DNA of 64,000 nucleotides from Cyanophora paradoxa CCMP329 (taxonomy: Eukaryota > Plantae > Glaucophyta), in assembly GCA_004431415.1 (NCBI GenBank), contig QPMI01000087.1, positions 1-64,000 on the forward strand, in the 5' to 3' direction. The position numbers and the translations under genes are program-made. Under the pieces are notes generated by a model. The model searched no databases, was not told the DNA's origin, and was given only the letters and a program-made list of their open reading frames with translations. Of the stretch, positions 36,564 through 47,668 are shown in pieces. Position 1 is the first letter of the stretch. Each line of letters opens with the position of its first letter.

Positions 36564-39500
36564 ATGCCAGCAGTCGAGATGTCTGCGGCACAGCAATTCA
36601 TGCCGGAGGCATCGTCCTCGTCTTCTTCTTCTTCGCGGCCAAGGCTACAGCCCGCGGCACTTGTTTCGGCAGCTGCGGAGGACGACGCGCAGCTGCCCAC
36701 CTCGCGGGAACTTGATGCCGACCCGGAGCTGGCCGATCCGCGGGCGGAGCTTCGGCGTTTGGGCATCACGGGCCCGGAAAGGACATCAAGAAGGCCGGCG
36801 ACGGATCGTGCGCCCGCGCCCGCCCCGCACCCGCGGAGTTTCCCGACCTTACCGCAGTGCGCGCAGCACCCATGTCTCGGCCGTGGACAACGTTCCCGGA
36901 CTGCCGGGGACGTACGCAGCGCCTCCCTCGGGGCGGGACTGGCGCTGGGCGGTGCCGGAGGAGAAGCCGGCGCGGCCGGAGGTTTTCGACGACGAGTGCG
37001 AGCTGCCGGCCGGCAGCCTTCCCTACATCGAGCGGCGGCCGATCCCGACGCCGGCGGAGGCGGCCAGCTCGTCCGCATCGTCGCGCCGCGACTCGCTCGT
37101 CCCGCACAAGAAGTCCCTAAAGGGCGCCCTCCAGGTCGGCCCGGCCGCCCGCCTCGATCCCGACCATCGAATTTCATCGCTGACGTCCTCTGCCCCTCCT
37201 CTCAGTCCATGTCCACGAACATTGCGGCGCCGCTGAAGCTGGAGGACCGGTGGGCGTCCGCCAAGCAGCTCGCCACGCCCCGCGGCCTCCTCGGCCTCGC
37301 CAAGCGCCACAAGTTCACCATCGCCGCCACGATCTTCTACGGTGCGACGATCTTAAACCCGCGGATCGGAGCGCCCGCGCCCGCCCGCGTCGCGATCGCT
37401 CACGAACAGCCGCGCAGCTATCTTCTTCGGCACGCTCGCGAACACGATCTGGAAGGACAAGCTCGGCTTCAAGGGCCACATCATGCTCGTCATCCTGTGC
37501 GTACTCTTTACGCTCTGGCCGGGCCTGCGCGGGCCTGACCTTCGAATTCTCCGCCTCCGCCAGGTACTTCCTGATGTTCGCGCTCATCAAGGACTTCTCG
37601 GCGGGCCTGGCGTTCCTCGGCGCCCTCACCGCCTGCCTCATGTTCGACGTCGTCTCCCAGGCCGACGCCCTCGCCGGCTTCTCCAACGCTGGCGTCTTCC
37701 AGGCTCGCCCGCCCGCCCGCCCGCGAGATTTGATCCGCGGATCGAATTCGAATCGAGTCTGAACCCTGCCGCGCAGGTCGGAGTTCTGTACATCATCGCG
37801 GCCGGCATTGAGGAGACCGGAGCCCTCGACTACGCCCTCCGCCGGTGCGCCCCCCTTCCTTACTTTGCCGCCGCTCTTCCGCCCGCCCCGCCCGCCTCGC
37901 CCTGACCGCGGCTCTCCCGCCCGCCCGCCCGTGCGCAGCGTGCTGGGGACGCCCAAGTCGAAGTCGAACGCCATCTTCCGCATCTCCGCCTCCTGCATCT
38001 TCCTCTCTACCTTCCTCAACAACACGCCCATCGGTGCGGGCGGCTGGCGCCCCCGTCCTTGAGAATTCCAGCGCCGGCCGCGGCTGACCGGTGCCCGTCG
38101 CGTCGCCCGATTCTCCTTCGCCCCACCAGTCGCCATGATGTGAGCTCGGTCTCGATTCTCGGGTCTCCGGCGGCGGCTGACGGGCCGCGCCCTCGCGCAG
38201 GATCCCGATCATCGCCTCCTACGCGAAGCGAACGGGAATCGCCCCCTCGTACCTCCAGATGGTGCGCTTTGGCTCGGCTCGGCCCGCCCTGGAGGGCCTC
38301 GAATCCGGAACCCTCACGCGCCCTTCGCCGCAGCCGATGTCGTTCGCGACGATCCTGGGCGGGACCTGCTCCTACATCGGGACCTCGGTGAACCTGGTCG
38401 CCTTCTCGCTCGCCAAGGCCCGCGAGCCGACCCTCGAGATGAGCAACCTCTTCGAGATCGGCGTCATCGGCGGTCCCGTCGCCATCGTCCGCACTCCTGC
38501 ACTTTCGATTCTACATCTAGATCTGAATCTAATTCTAAATTCGGCGCAGGTCGGGCTCCTCTACCTCGTGTTCCTGGGGCCCGTGCTGCTCCCGAACCGC
38601 AAGTCGATCGCCGACGAGGAGGCGGAGCGGTCCGCCCGCAAGTACCAGGTCTCCATGCAGGTGCGGGGCGGCAGCTTCGTTCAGTTCAGTTCAGTTCGCG
38701 CTTTATTGACGTGCGCGGGTCGTTCTGCAGGTGACGAGCAAGTCCAAGATGGTGGGGCAGACGTTCAAGGCGGCCGGATTCGAGGACGTGGCGGCGACGG
38801 AGATCCTCTGGATCGGCCGCGGGGGCGCCAACTACAGCGCGCGCGCCTTCGACGTCAGCGGGGCGACCGTGTGCCACCACGACGTGATCCAGTACTCGGG
38901 CCCGCAGTACGCGATCAAGGAGGTGCTCAAGGTCGAGGGCCTCAGCGTCCTCGGGAACCAGCTCATCAAGCTCGAGGAGGAGGAGCGCGATCGCAAGGAC
39001 AGCGGCGACGGCCTCGTCCTCGGCGACTTCTGCGTGGCCGTCAACTCGCCCTACGTCGGCCGCACCGCCCGCCAGCTCCGCATGCGCAGCAGCCTCCGCG
39101 CCGCCCTGCTCGCCATCCAGCGCCCCGGCGTGACCCTCACCACGCCCGTCTCGGAGACGCCGCTCGTGGCCGGCGACACGCTCCTCGTCGCGTGCCCGCC
39201 GGCCCTCATCAAAGCCCAGAAGCACCTGCCCGACTTCGCCAGCGTGGCTGAGGTCGAGGACTCCGAGCGCTTCGTCAACCGGGTGCGAGCGCTAGCTAGC
39301 TCCCCGCGCGCGCGCCGAGCCGGCCGGCCGTCTTCTAACCGCAGCGGGCGCAGCCGTCGGTGGTGAAGATGGTGGTGGCGACGCTCCTGACCATCGCCAT
39401 GATCGTGCTCCCGTCGATCGCGGACGACGTGCCGGCCCTCTGGTACTCCCCCTGGAACGCCAAGGCGAACCCCAACAAGCTCTCCCTCACCCACACCGTC

Positions 39501-40202
39501 CTCCTCTCCGGTGCGAGGAGCCAAGCCGTGCTAAGCCGTCTGGATCTGACAGGATCTCGCCCGCAGCCTTCCTCATGATGGCGTTCCGCGTCGTCAAGGC
39601 CAAGCGCGCGTACGGCTACGTCGGCGCCGACGTCCTCCTCACCATCGCCTGCGCCTTCGGCATCGGCACGGCCCTCGAGCGCTCCGGCCTCGCCAAGGTC
39701 TTCGCCGACTCCATCGTCGACATCTTCAAGGTGATTACAATAAGCGAAATCTGTCAAGCGTCTTGTTGTTTGTATCTTATAATCTCCTCAGGGCTCGGAG
39801 CTGGGCCTCCTATTCGGCGTCTACATCGCCTGCGTGCTGCTCAACGCCGTCATCTCCAACGCCGCCTGCGTCGCCCTCGTCTTCCCCATCGTCTACAACA
39901 TCCTGGTGCTTAATTTAAGCTTAAGCTTAAGCTTCTATACTTCTTCGTCTTGTTCTTACGTTTCTTGCTATGATAAATTGCAGAAGGGGAAGATGGCTAT
40001 CAAGGTCCTCATCTACATCCTCATGATGGCCGGCTCCGCCGACTTCTCGACGCCGATCGGCTACCAGACGAACCTGATGGTGCAGAAGCCCGGCGGCTAC
40101 CGCTTCCTCGACTACACCAAGTTCGGCCTCCCGCTCCAGCTCATCTGCATGGGGATGTCCGTCCCCATCGCCTACTTCGCCTTCCGCGGCGGCCAGATGT
40201 GA
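36564..40202 (+). CDS. SLC13/DASS-family Na+/anion transporter with TrkA-C domains (SAC1/SLT-like)
   Basis: [52 protein letters not shown], TrkA-C-like SKMVGQT and SPYVGRT...LLAIQR...[55 protein letters not shown]. Exon 1 has a 1-nt deletion relative to copy 1 (probable error). Confidence 0.92.
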
Positions 40203-41099
40203 GCCCGAGACCGAGCGCTCGGCCGACGCTCCGCTCTAGCTTGCTTTCGTGCGCCAGAGAGCGTATCTATAATCTCTGCTTAGCTGTCTTCTTTAATTTC
40301 GTAGAACCAATGCCTGTACAATAGAAACCTTCTTTCTTTTTAATGCTTTTTTATCGATGATTCGATGATTCGTTTGAATGCACTAGTGTTGTGCTTTCCG
40401 CTATTCGCGTTATGTCATTATATATGGTATGTATCTAGGTATAAACTAGATTGCATGGCAGCAGCGCTAGCACTAGGCCTAGATATTCAAGTAGATCCTT
40501 TACGTATTCGATCCAGACCACAATACTTGGTGCCGAAGCAGTTGTAAAAGTCGTAATTGATCATGAACTGCACAACACCGATATATTCGCCAGTGGGGCG
40601 GACCGGAGGAAGGGGAGCAGGACGCGCGCGAGGCCTAGGCCTGGCCCTGGATCAAGGCCCTTATAATTAAGTTTCAGGCTTGGGGAGCTCGAGGGCCGGG
40701 CCCGGCGCCCGGGGGCGCGCGCGCGCGAGCTTCCTGAATTCGAACTTATCCCGGGCCCCGCCGGGCCGGGCCTGAACGTGATGCACTGGGCCCGATTTAA
40801 ATTTTCCCCCGCAGGCAGCGCTAGCTATAGCGCTGGCGCTAGCCCAGTCCGGATCCTTTCCCCAGCTGCAGCGTCTATATATATATAGCCCGCGGACCCC
40901 GCCAATTTGAGGCCGGCTCACCGAGTCAGGATCCGGATCGAAACGCGGCTGTAAGGCGACCGATAAAACTGGCTTGATCGAAGGAAAGCAAACTGCGACT
41001 AGCACCGCGACTACCTATAGCTATAATTACATAGATGAAGAAAAGAGTATTGTGTGTGGCTGCGGGCGCCTAGCCTAGTAGGCGTGGGCGCGCCGGCGC

Positions 41100-43500
41100 C
41101 CGTCGCTGCGGGGCCGGGGCGCACCTCGCAGCGCTGGGAGTGAGCCCGAGGGCGAGAATACGGTACAGGATGGTGGTACAAGCGCGAGGGCCCCGCCGCC
41201 TGGCCGCCGGGGGGCGGCTCAGGCGGCGCCGGAGGGGACGAAGCCGAGCTTGCGGGCGGCCTCGCGGATGCGCCGGGCGCTGCCCTGCAGGCTCTCCAGC
41301 TCTGCCCCCGCCCGCCCCCGAGTGAGTGAGCGCCCGAAGCTGAAGTTTGGAGGGCGACGGCCTCGGGGTGGGATCGGAGCGGGGCGCGCGCACGCTTCTG
41401 GAGCTGCTTGGCGACCTCGTCGGACTCGCGGCGCTCGGCCGCATCTCGCGATCGGCGACCTTCCAGGTAGAAGAGGCGCGGGTCCGCCCGCATCCGCTGC
41501 GCCCGCCCCGGCCCGTCGGCCCTCGGCCCCGCTCGGCCCCGGCCCCCGATCCTATGAAGCGGAGGAGGCGCGCCGGGCGGCCCTCGCCCTCACTAGTACT
41601 CACCTCGGCCTCGGCGATGACGTCACGGATCTTGTCGTGCTCCAGGCGCGGGAAGCTCAGGTCCGCCTCCAGGATCTCCTGCGCCCGCGATCGAGATCGA
41701 TTTATAGCCCGCTAAGAGGGGCGCGCGGGGCGCGGCGGGGCGCGGCGAGGGCGGGCGCGCGCGCGTGCGGGCGCGCACCCGCGTTTCTGAGAGGAGCTTT
41801 GCCAGGGCCCCGACGCGGCGGCCGGGCCAGCGTTGCACGCCCAGATTCCGCACCTGCTTCTTGAGCAGCTGCACCGGGCCGGGCCGCGCCGCGTCGGACG
41901 CGCAAGGAGAGAGCGAGAGAAAGGCGAGGAGAGAGGGAAGAGCTACCGTCTCGCAAACGCCGAGGGCGTGGGCGGCCTGGGTCTGCTGGAGGTGGAGGAA
42001 GGGCTTGAGGTCCTCCAGCGAGAGCTGCCGCACCTCCTGCGGCGCCGAGAGGACCGTCCGGGCGCTCTTCCGGGCCTTGCCCTTGGCGCCGCCGCCCTTG
42101 GCCGGCGCCGGCGCCCCGCGCCGCCGCTTGGTCGCCCCGCTGGCCGCCACGAGGAAGACGTGCCGCCCCTCCGCCTCCGAGGCGCTCCCGAGCGATTCCG
42201 AGTCGGACTCGTGCCGCGCCGCCGGCCCCGCGCGGGCGGCCGCGGCCGGCGCCGAGTCGAGCTGGAGGCGAGCGAGGTCGGGACGCAGGGGGCCCAGGAG
42301 CGCCGGCGCCGGCGCCGGCGTCGCGCTCGGGGGCTGCGGCTGCGGCTGAGTCGCCTCGGAGGCCCCGAGCTGGAGACACGCGAGGTCGCCTAGCGACGTC
42401 GGCGGCGCGCTCGGAGCCACCTGGAAGGCCTCGAGGTCGTGGGCCGGCAAGAAGGGTCCCAGCTCGCGTAAGATCGCCCCCATGCTCCCGTCGTCGGCCA
42501 GAAGGCCCTCCCAGTCGATCTCGACGTCGGGGGAGGAGGGCGAGGCGGAGCAGAGCGAGGGTACCGCCTCCGCCTCCGCGTCGGCCAGAAGACCCTCGGG
42601 GCTGAGCGCCGCCTCCAAGTGGATGTCGAGGTCGATCTCGGCGTCGGAGGAGGAGATCTCGGCGTCGGAGGAGGAGGGGGAGACGGGGCAGAGCGAGGGC
42701 GTCGCGTCGGGCCCGGGCTCCAGCTCCCGCTCCGGGCACGCCTCGGGGTGCGACCAGGCCGAGGGGCGCATCGCTAGCGCCTGCCGCGGGGAGGGGGACG
42801 CGGGTCAGCGGCCAGCCTCCTGCGGGCGGCGGGAGGCGCGCGATCGCGAGCACGAGGGTGCGAGGCGAACCTCCCCCGCAGGCTGCTGGGCGCTGGTACA
42901 CTCTAGAAGCCGCCCAAGGTTGAGACATTTGAGAAGCGCATCCTGTGCGGCCGTGTGATTGCACGGAGCGGCGTGCCAGCGCGGGGGAGGAGAAGGATCG
43001 GCGGACCTCGAACTCTCCCGCGGCAGGCGCCGCAGCCGCGAAGGCGCTGCCGCTTTCGCTGGCTCCATAGAATGCCGGCTGCACTACGGCTGCAGCTGCG
43101 GTCGCCGTGGCGGTGCCCCAGGCCTCGTACGCATGCGCGACGAATTCCGCCGGGGGCTGCGGCTGCGGCTGCTTTGACGCCTTCAAATCTTCGGCCGCCG
43201 CGGGAGGCACGAAATGCAGCCCCGCTATGGCCGCGTGCGCGTGCCTCCTGAATTCCTTTGCCGACGGCGCTCCGGAGATGCGCGGCGCCAGCTGCAGGCT
43301 CGCCGTGCGGCTGGAGGCGTGGAGCGCGCTGGCGACGCTGGGCAGGATGTGCGGGCTCGAGCTCGCAGAGAACGAGATGGGAGTCACATGCTCAGCAGGC
43401 CTTGGCGGCGGCGCGTCGTCATCACAGAGTTGCTGGATGATCGGTCGTAATCGATTTGCGCAGCGGACATTCCGCGTGCGACAGGCCGCGCTGGTGGTGT
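41100..43500 (-). CDS. RWP-RK domain transcription factor (RKD/MID-like); ends approximate
   Basis: LSLEDLKPFLHLQQTQAAHALGVCET|LLKKQVRNLGVQRWPGRRV (motif at 41815-41832), preceded by a basic patch and an acidic low-complexity N-terminal region. Confidence 0.85.
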
Positions 43501-44106
43501 TCATCTGCAGCTGCGGCGGATGGTCGAGGTCAGAAGCGGCCGAGGCGAGCCCGTGCGCCACTTCAGCCGGGGGCCCATACGCATGCGGACGCACTTTATC
43601 TTATCCAGGCGGCAGACGCGCTGATCTTATCCAGGAGAACTCGTATACTCCGCTGCGCAACGGGGCGGGTGTTTAGATCATGGCGGAAGACCGGTCACAC
43701 CAGTTCGCCGCTCCGCCCCACATGCGGTCTAAAGTGTGCGGCAAATGCTTTTAAGAAGCTATCTAGCAATGCGCGCACACCAAAGCTGCGGCCGGAAGGC
43801 CGCCGAACGCGCCCGAACAAGCGCCTTTGCGGAGGGGTACGGTGCTCGTTCAACATGCGGTCCACGCTGCATCCGGCCAGCTGGCGCCTGTAGTCAGCGC
43901 TGCTGCCTAGGAGCGACCGGGGTGCATCATAGCTCTTCGCTCTTGCCGATCAAACCGGCGACATCCACATCCTCCGGCGCCCTATCCGGCCACTTACCGC
44001 TGCCTCCATCCTCGAGCTCGCGGCGCCAATCGATATCGGCGGCTCAGCATTCTTGTCGTTCTTTCACGGCGCTGGCTGCCCGTCGGGCGAGGCGATGCGG
44101 TTGCGC

Positions 44107-46208
44107 TGACAGACAGCAAACTGCGGATGCGCAACGCAGACGCTGATCGCATCGTGCGCGCTCTCCTACGGCCGTTTCTCGCCTCGTTTCATCGGCAGTT
44201 CACCGCCACGGGGCCTGCTCACGCCGCCTCGCTCAGGAGCGTTATCTTTCGGGCTCCGACTACCGGTGGCGAGGCGGAGGCGCCCTGCGAGATGATGAGC
44301 GACCGGTGCGCCATTAAGCGCCTCCCTGATCTTCTTCGGGCGTCGCCGCGTGTGGGTCGCCGCCGGGCCACTGGCGTCGCTCCACGGACGGGACCGGCCT
44401 GACGCCCATTTCGGCGTCGCGGCGCAGGATGAGCTTGAGGCGGCGGCTGGACTGGGACCGATGCGCGAGCTCCCGCGGCATCGAGGACCTCGTCACCCTC
44501 GCGCTTTCGATCCGCGACCAGGCTCCCGCGAGCCTGCGCGAGGCGAGCGCACGTGCCGGGCCCGCCGCGCTCCGCCGTCTCTGACATCCCCCGCTTTGCG
44601 CACAGGTCAAGCCCGAAAACGGAATCTTATCTGAGATTCGTTGCATCGAGTTCCGCGGGCTCTCCAGAGAGGTGCGCCGGGCCGGGCGGAAGGGCGCCGG
44701 CGCCGCCGGCCGCGCTCCGGCTGACGGGCGGGCGGGCGTCCCCGCGCGCAGGTGATCGTGACCGCCTTTGCGGTGCCGCACGTGCCGCCCCGCGAGGCCT
44801 GCTCCTTCATGACCGTCGACGAGCTCCGCTTCCAGTGGGAGCTCATGGCGCGCACGTGCCCCCCTCCCTTCTTCCCCGCTTCTAAGCGACCTGCGCGCGC
44901 AGTTCCGCGGGACGAAGACGCAGATCCCGCTGGACGGGTTGCGCCTCGGGGGCGCGGCGCACTGCGACGTGGCCTACTCGGTCGAGGAGAAAGGCCTCTC
45001 GGACCTCTTCCGCATCGCCAACGCCGCCTCCACCGTCCTCCGCGGCAACACCGCCCTCCCCCCGCCCTTCAGCTGCTCCCGCCCCGACCTCGCCGACGCC
45101 TGGGTACACTTCCGCTCCGACGTCACCGCCCTACCCCCCCGCTGCGACGACGCCTCCTCCCTCCCCGGCATCCCCGAGTGCGCCCCCGCGCACCGCGCCA
45201 CGTACCCCCTCCCTCGCCCTTCATACCCCTGTCCTCCTTCTACAGGCACCCCTTGAACGTGGACTGCAAGGCAGCGGTCTGTACCCCCCTCGTGCCCGGC
45301 AACCCGCAGAGCGGCTCTCGCGTGATCATCTTTTGGGCCTGGGAGCGGGTGCGCGGGGGGTACCGGGTCCTCCCGCCAGCGGGCGGATCCAGCTGAGCGC
45401 TCGTACCCCCCAGCGCTACCTGGAGAGGCACCTCCCCGCCTTCCTCATCGCGCGGGCCCTCAAGTACGTCATATCCCACGCCGCGAACCTGCAGTGCGCC
45501 CGTACCCGTGCCCCCCTCCCCTTTCTCGTATCGCCGCCGCTGATTCCCTGTACCCCAGCTGGATGAAGCTGCAGAAGGTGATGCTGGAACGCGCGGCCGC
45601 CATCTCCGAGGAGAAGAGTACGCGCTCTTTTTCCCGGCAGGGGGTACGCGTGCACGCCTCCGCGCGGGCCTGACCGGCGCCCCGCCCGCCCCGCCGCAGC
45701 CGCCGTCGCCGCGGCGCAAGGGAGCGTCCTACCCCGCATGCGGCTCTCCCCCCCCTCCCAGGGGCCCGCCAGCGCTGTACCCCGCTCCCTGTCCCCCCCC
45801 GAAGGCGGCTCGCGCCCCTGCAGCGCCGGGGCGGCCCTCTCCGACGAGGCCGCCGTCGACGTGCGCCGTACCCCCTCCGAATTCGCCCCCCCCCCGTTCG
45901 ACGATAACGTACCCCCTCGTTCGCCGCAGTCGTTCTCGTCGTTCGTGGACACAGAGCTCGAGGTGGACCGGCTGCAGTGCGCCATGGCGGCCGCCTCTCT
46001 GCGGGACCGATCCGTCAGCCCCCCCCGCGAGCCCTGGCCCACCGAGCCGCCCTCCGCGCCCCGCGCCGCCGAGCCGGCGGCGTACCCCCCTTGCGCCCAG
46101 ACCTTTGCCCAGCCGGCCCGCTCCTGTCCCTTCTCCGGTCTCGCTGCCGCGTTCAGCGCCGTCCCGACGGGCATTCTCCCCAGACCATCTATGGCCTTCG
46201 GGGCCTGA
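44107..46208 (+). CDS. Multi-exon protein with a probable divergent START/SRPBCC fold and a low-complexity tail
   Basis: VPPREACSFMTVDELRFQWE resembles the START 'xxR-x-x-W' helix; beta-rich middle; C-terminal LPAFLIARALKYV helix. Confidence 0.5.
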
Positions 46209-46866
46209 CCCGCGGCGCCGGCCGGCGCCGCTGGACCATCGTTTAGCTATCTCGGTACTCTTTCTCTCCAGTCAACCCTTACGTGCAGCCATCACATCAA
46301 GTCAAGTAGTGCGTCAGGATTTTCAGAGTTTAGTGCGTCAGGTTTGGCGTTAGCTCAATTTCTAGCTGTACATGTAAAGCCCCCGCGGTGCAGATGATAC
46401 ATCTAGATCCAGGTATATGGACGTGCGATTGAAGCGATATCGGTATCTCTAAGCAATATACGTGTATTTCTATAACTTAGTGTACGGTATCAGCTATTAT
46501 AGTTATGCACAGAACCTCCTCAAATTCGAGCTTGATCGCTGCTCATGAGTTATTTGTGCTCTTTGCGAGTGTTGACGTTCTGATCGATCTTCTTTTTTCA
46601 ATATCGATGAGTGAAGGCTCTTGTCTCGAGCTTGAGACGTGGCCGAATGGGTGCGAGCTTGGGGGGGAGGGGGTTGCGGCTGGGCCGTGCCACGGTGGGC
46701 ACCGCTCGCCAAGTCGGGAAAGACTGCGAAGCCCAGTGCGATGGGAAAGCCTAGGACGGAAGCGGAGGCGGAGGCGGAGGCGGAGGCGGAGGAGTAACGG
46801 CCACGGGCCGGTGCGGGTGCCACGGTGCGGCGGCCGGCTGCGACCTGACCGCAGCCGCGGGCGCTT

Positions 46867-47577
46867 CTACTGCTTGGGGAAGGGGGGGCCCTGGCACGCC
46901 TCCCCGCAGCGCTCCAGGCAGTACTGCGAGTGCGTTAAGTTAGGGGGGGCGCGCGCGGCGCTCATGGGGCGCGGGGCGGGGCGGGGCGGGGCTTAAGCGG
47001 ACCTTGCGGCTTCGGAATCCCTCCTTCAGCGCGATAGGACTCTTCCTGATATCTGCGGCCGGCAAGTTAAGGCGCGGGGCGCGCGACCGTGGGCGTGGTG
47101 GGGGCCAGCCGCAGGCGCACTCAGCGGGTAGTCGCCGGGGGCGTCGCCGGGCCGGATCTGCGCGTGGACCCCGGCCACAACCGGGGGGCGGTCCCTCAGC
47201 CGCAGAACGCACGGCACGTGCGCAGACACAAGCTTAAGGTGCGTGGAGCGTACGCATGTAGCGACGCATTTCCTGAGGCACGCGTCTCTCTCTTTCGCGA
47301 ACTTCGGGTCGACGTCCGACTTCGAGCCCGCGGCCGCGCTGGCCCTGTCCGCGCCTGCGCCCAAGGCCAGCGACGCCAGGAGCGCCGCCAAGGCTCTCCT
47401 GCCGAGCCCCTGCGCGTCCTGTTTACGTTCGCTGCCGCTTCTGCTGCAGCTTTCGCCGGCGCCGTGCGCGACAATCGGCGCTGGCGCAGCGCCGAGCCCA
47501 GCATCCGCCGGAACCCGCGCTTCGCGCTCCCTGCGCGGTGCATGGGCATGCCAAGGCCAGGTGAACGCCCCGCTCAT
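46867..47577 (-). CDS. Small Cys-motif protein with bipartite plastid plus Tat thylakoid-lumen targeting
   Basis: MSGAF start, GLGRRALAALLASLALGAGADRASA (twin-Arg, H-region, AxA); mature part CLRKCVATC...APGDYPL...IRKSPIALKEGFRSRK|YCLERCGEAC. Confidence 0.75.
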
Positions 47578-47668
47578 CGCCACGCGTTGTCTGCGCCGAG
47601 ATGACTGCAACTGCCGGGCCGGGGTACTCTGAATTCGATCAGCGGTAGCAGCGGCCCCGATCCGAGCG

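Larger units (their letters stand above)
23306..38168. repeat. ~7.4-kb tandem duplication (23306-30760 and 30761-38168) covering the PPDK 3' part, an unknown gene and the transporter 5' part
   Basis: At 30761 the sequence restarts the PPDK intron/exon seen at 23306; copy 2 is ~47 nt shorter, mostly through single-base deletions. Confidence 0.95.

Noticed and set aside
30768-36800. Programmed frameshifting or true pseudogenisation in duplicate copies
   Set aside because: The differences are almost all single-base losses in homopolymers or GC runs, with hardly any substitutions, which is typical of long-read consensus error.
21417-43500. Nutrient-regulation gene cluster (PPDK, SAC1/SLT-like, RWP-RK)
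   Set aside because: Adjacency alone is not evidence in a eukaryote; no shared regulatory motif was seen.
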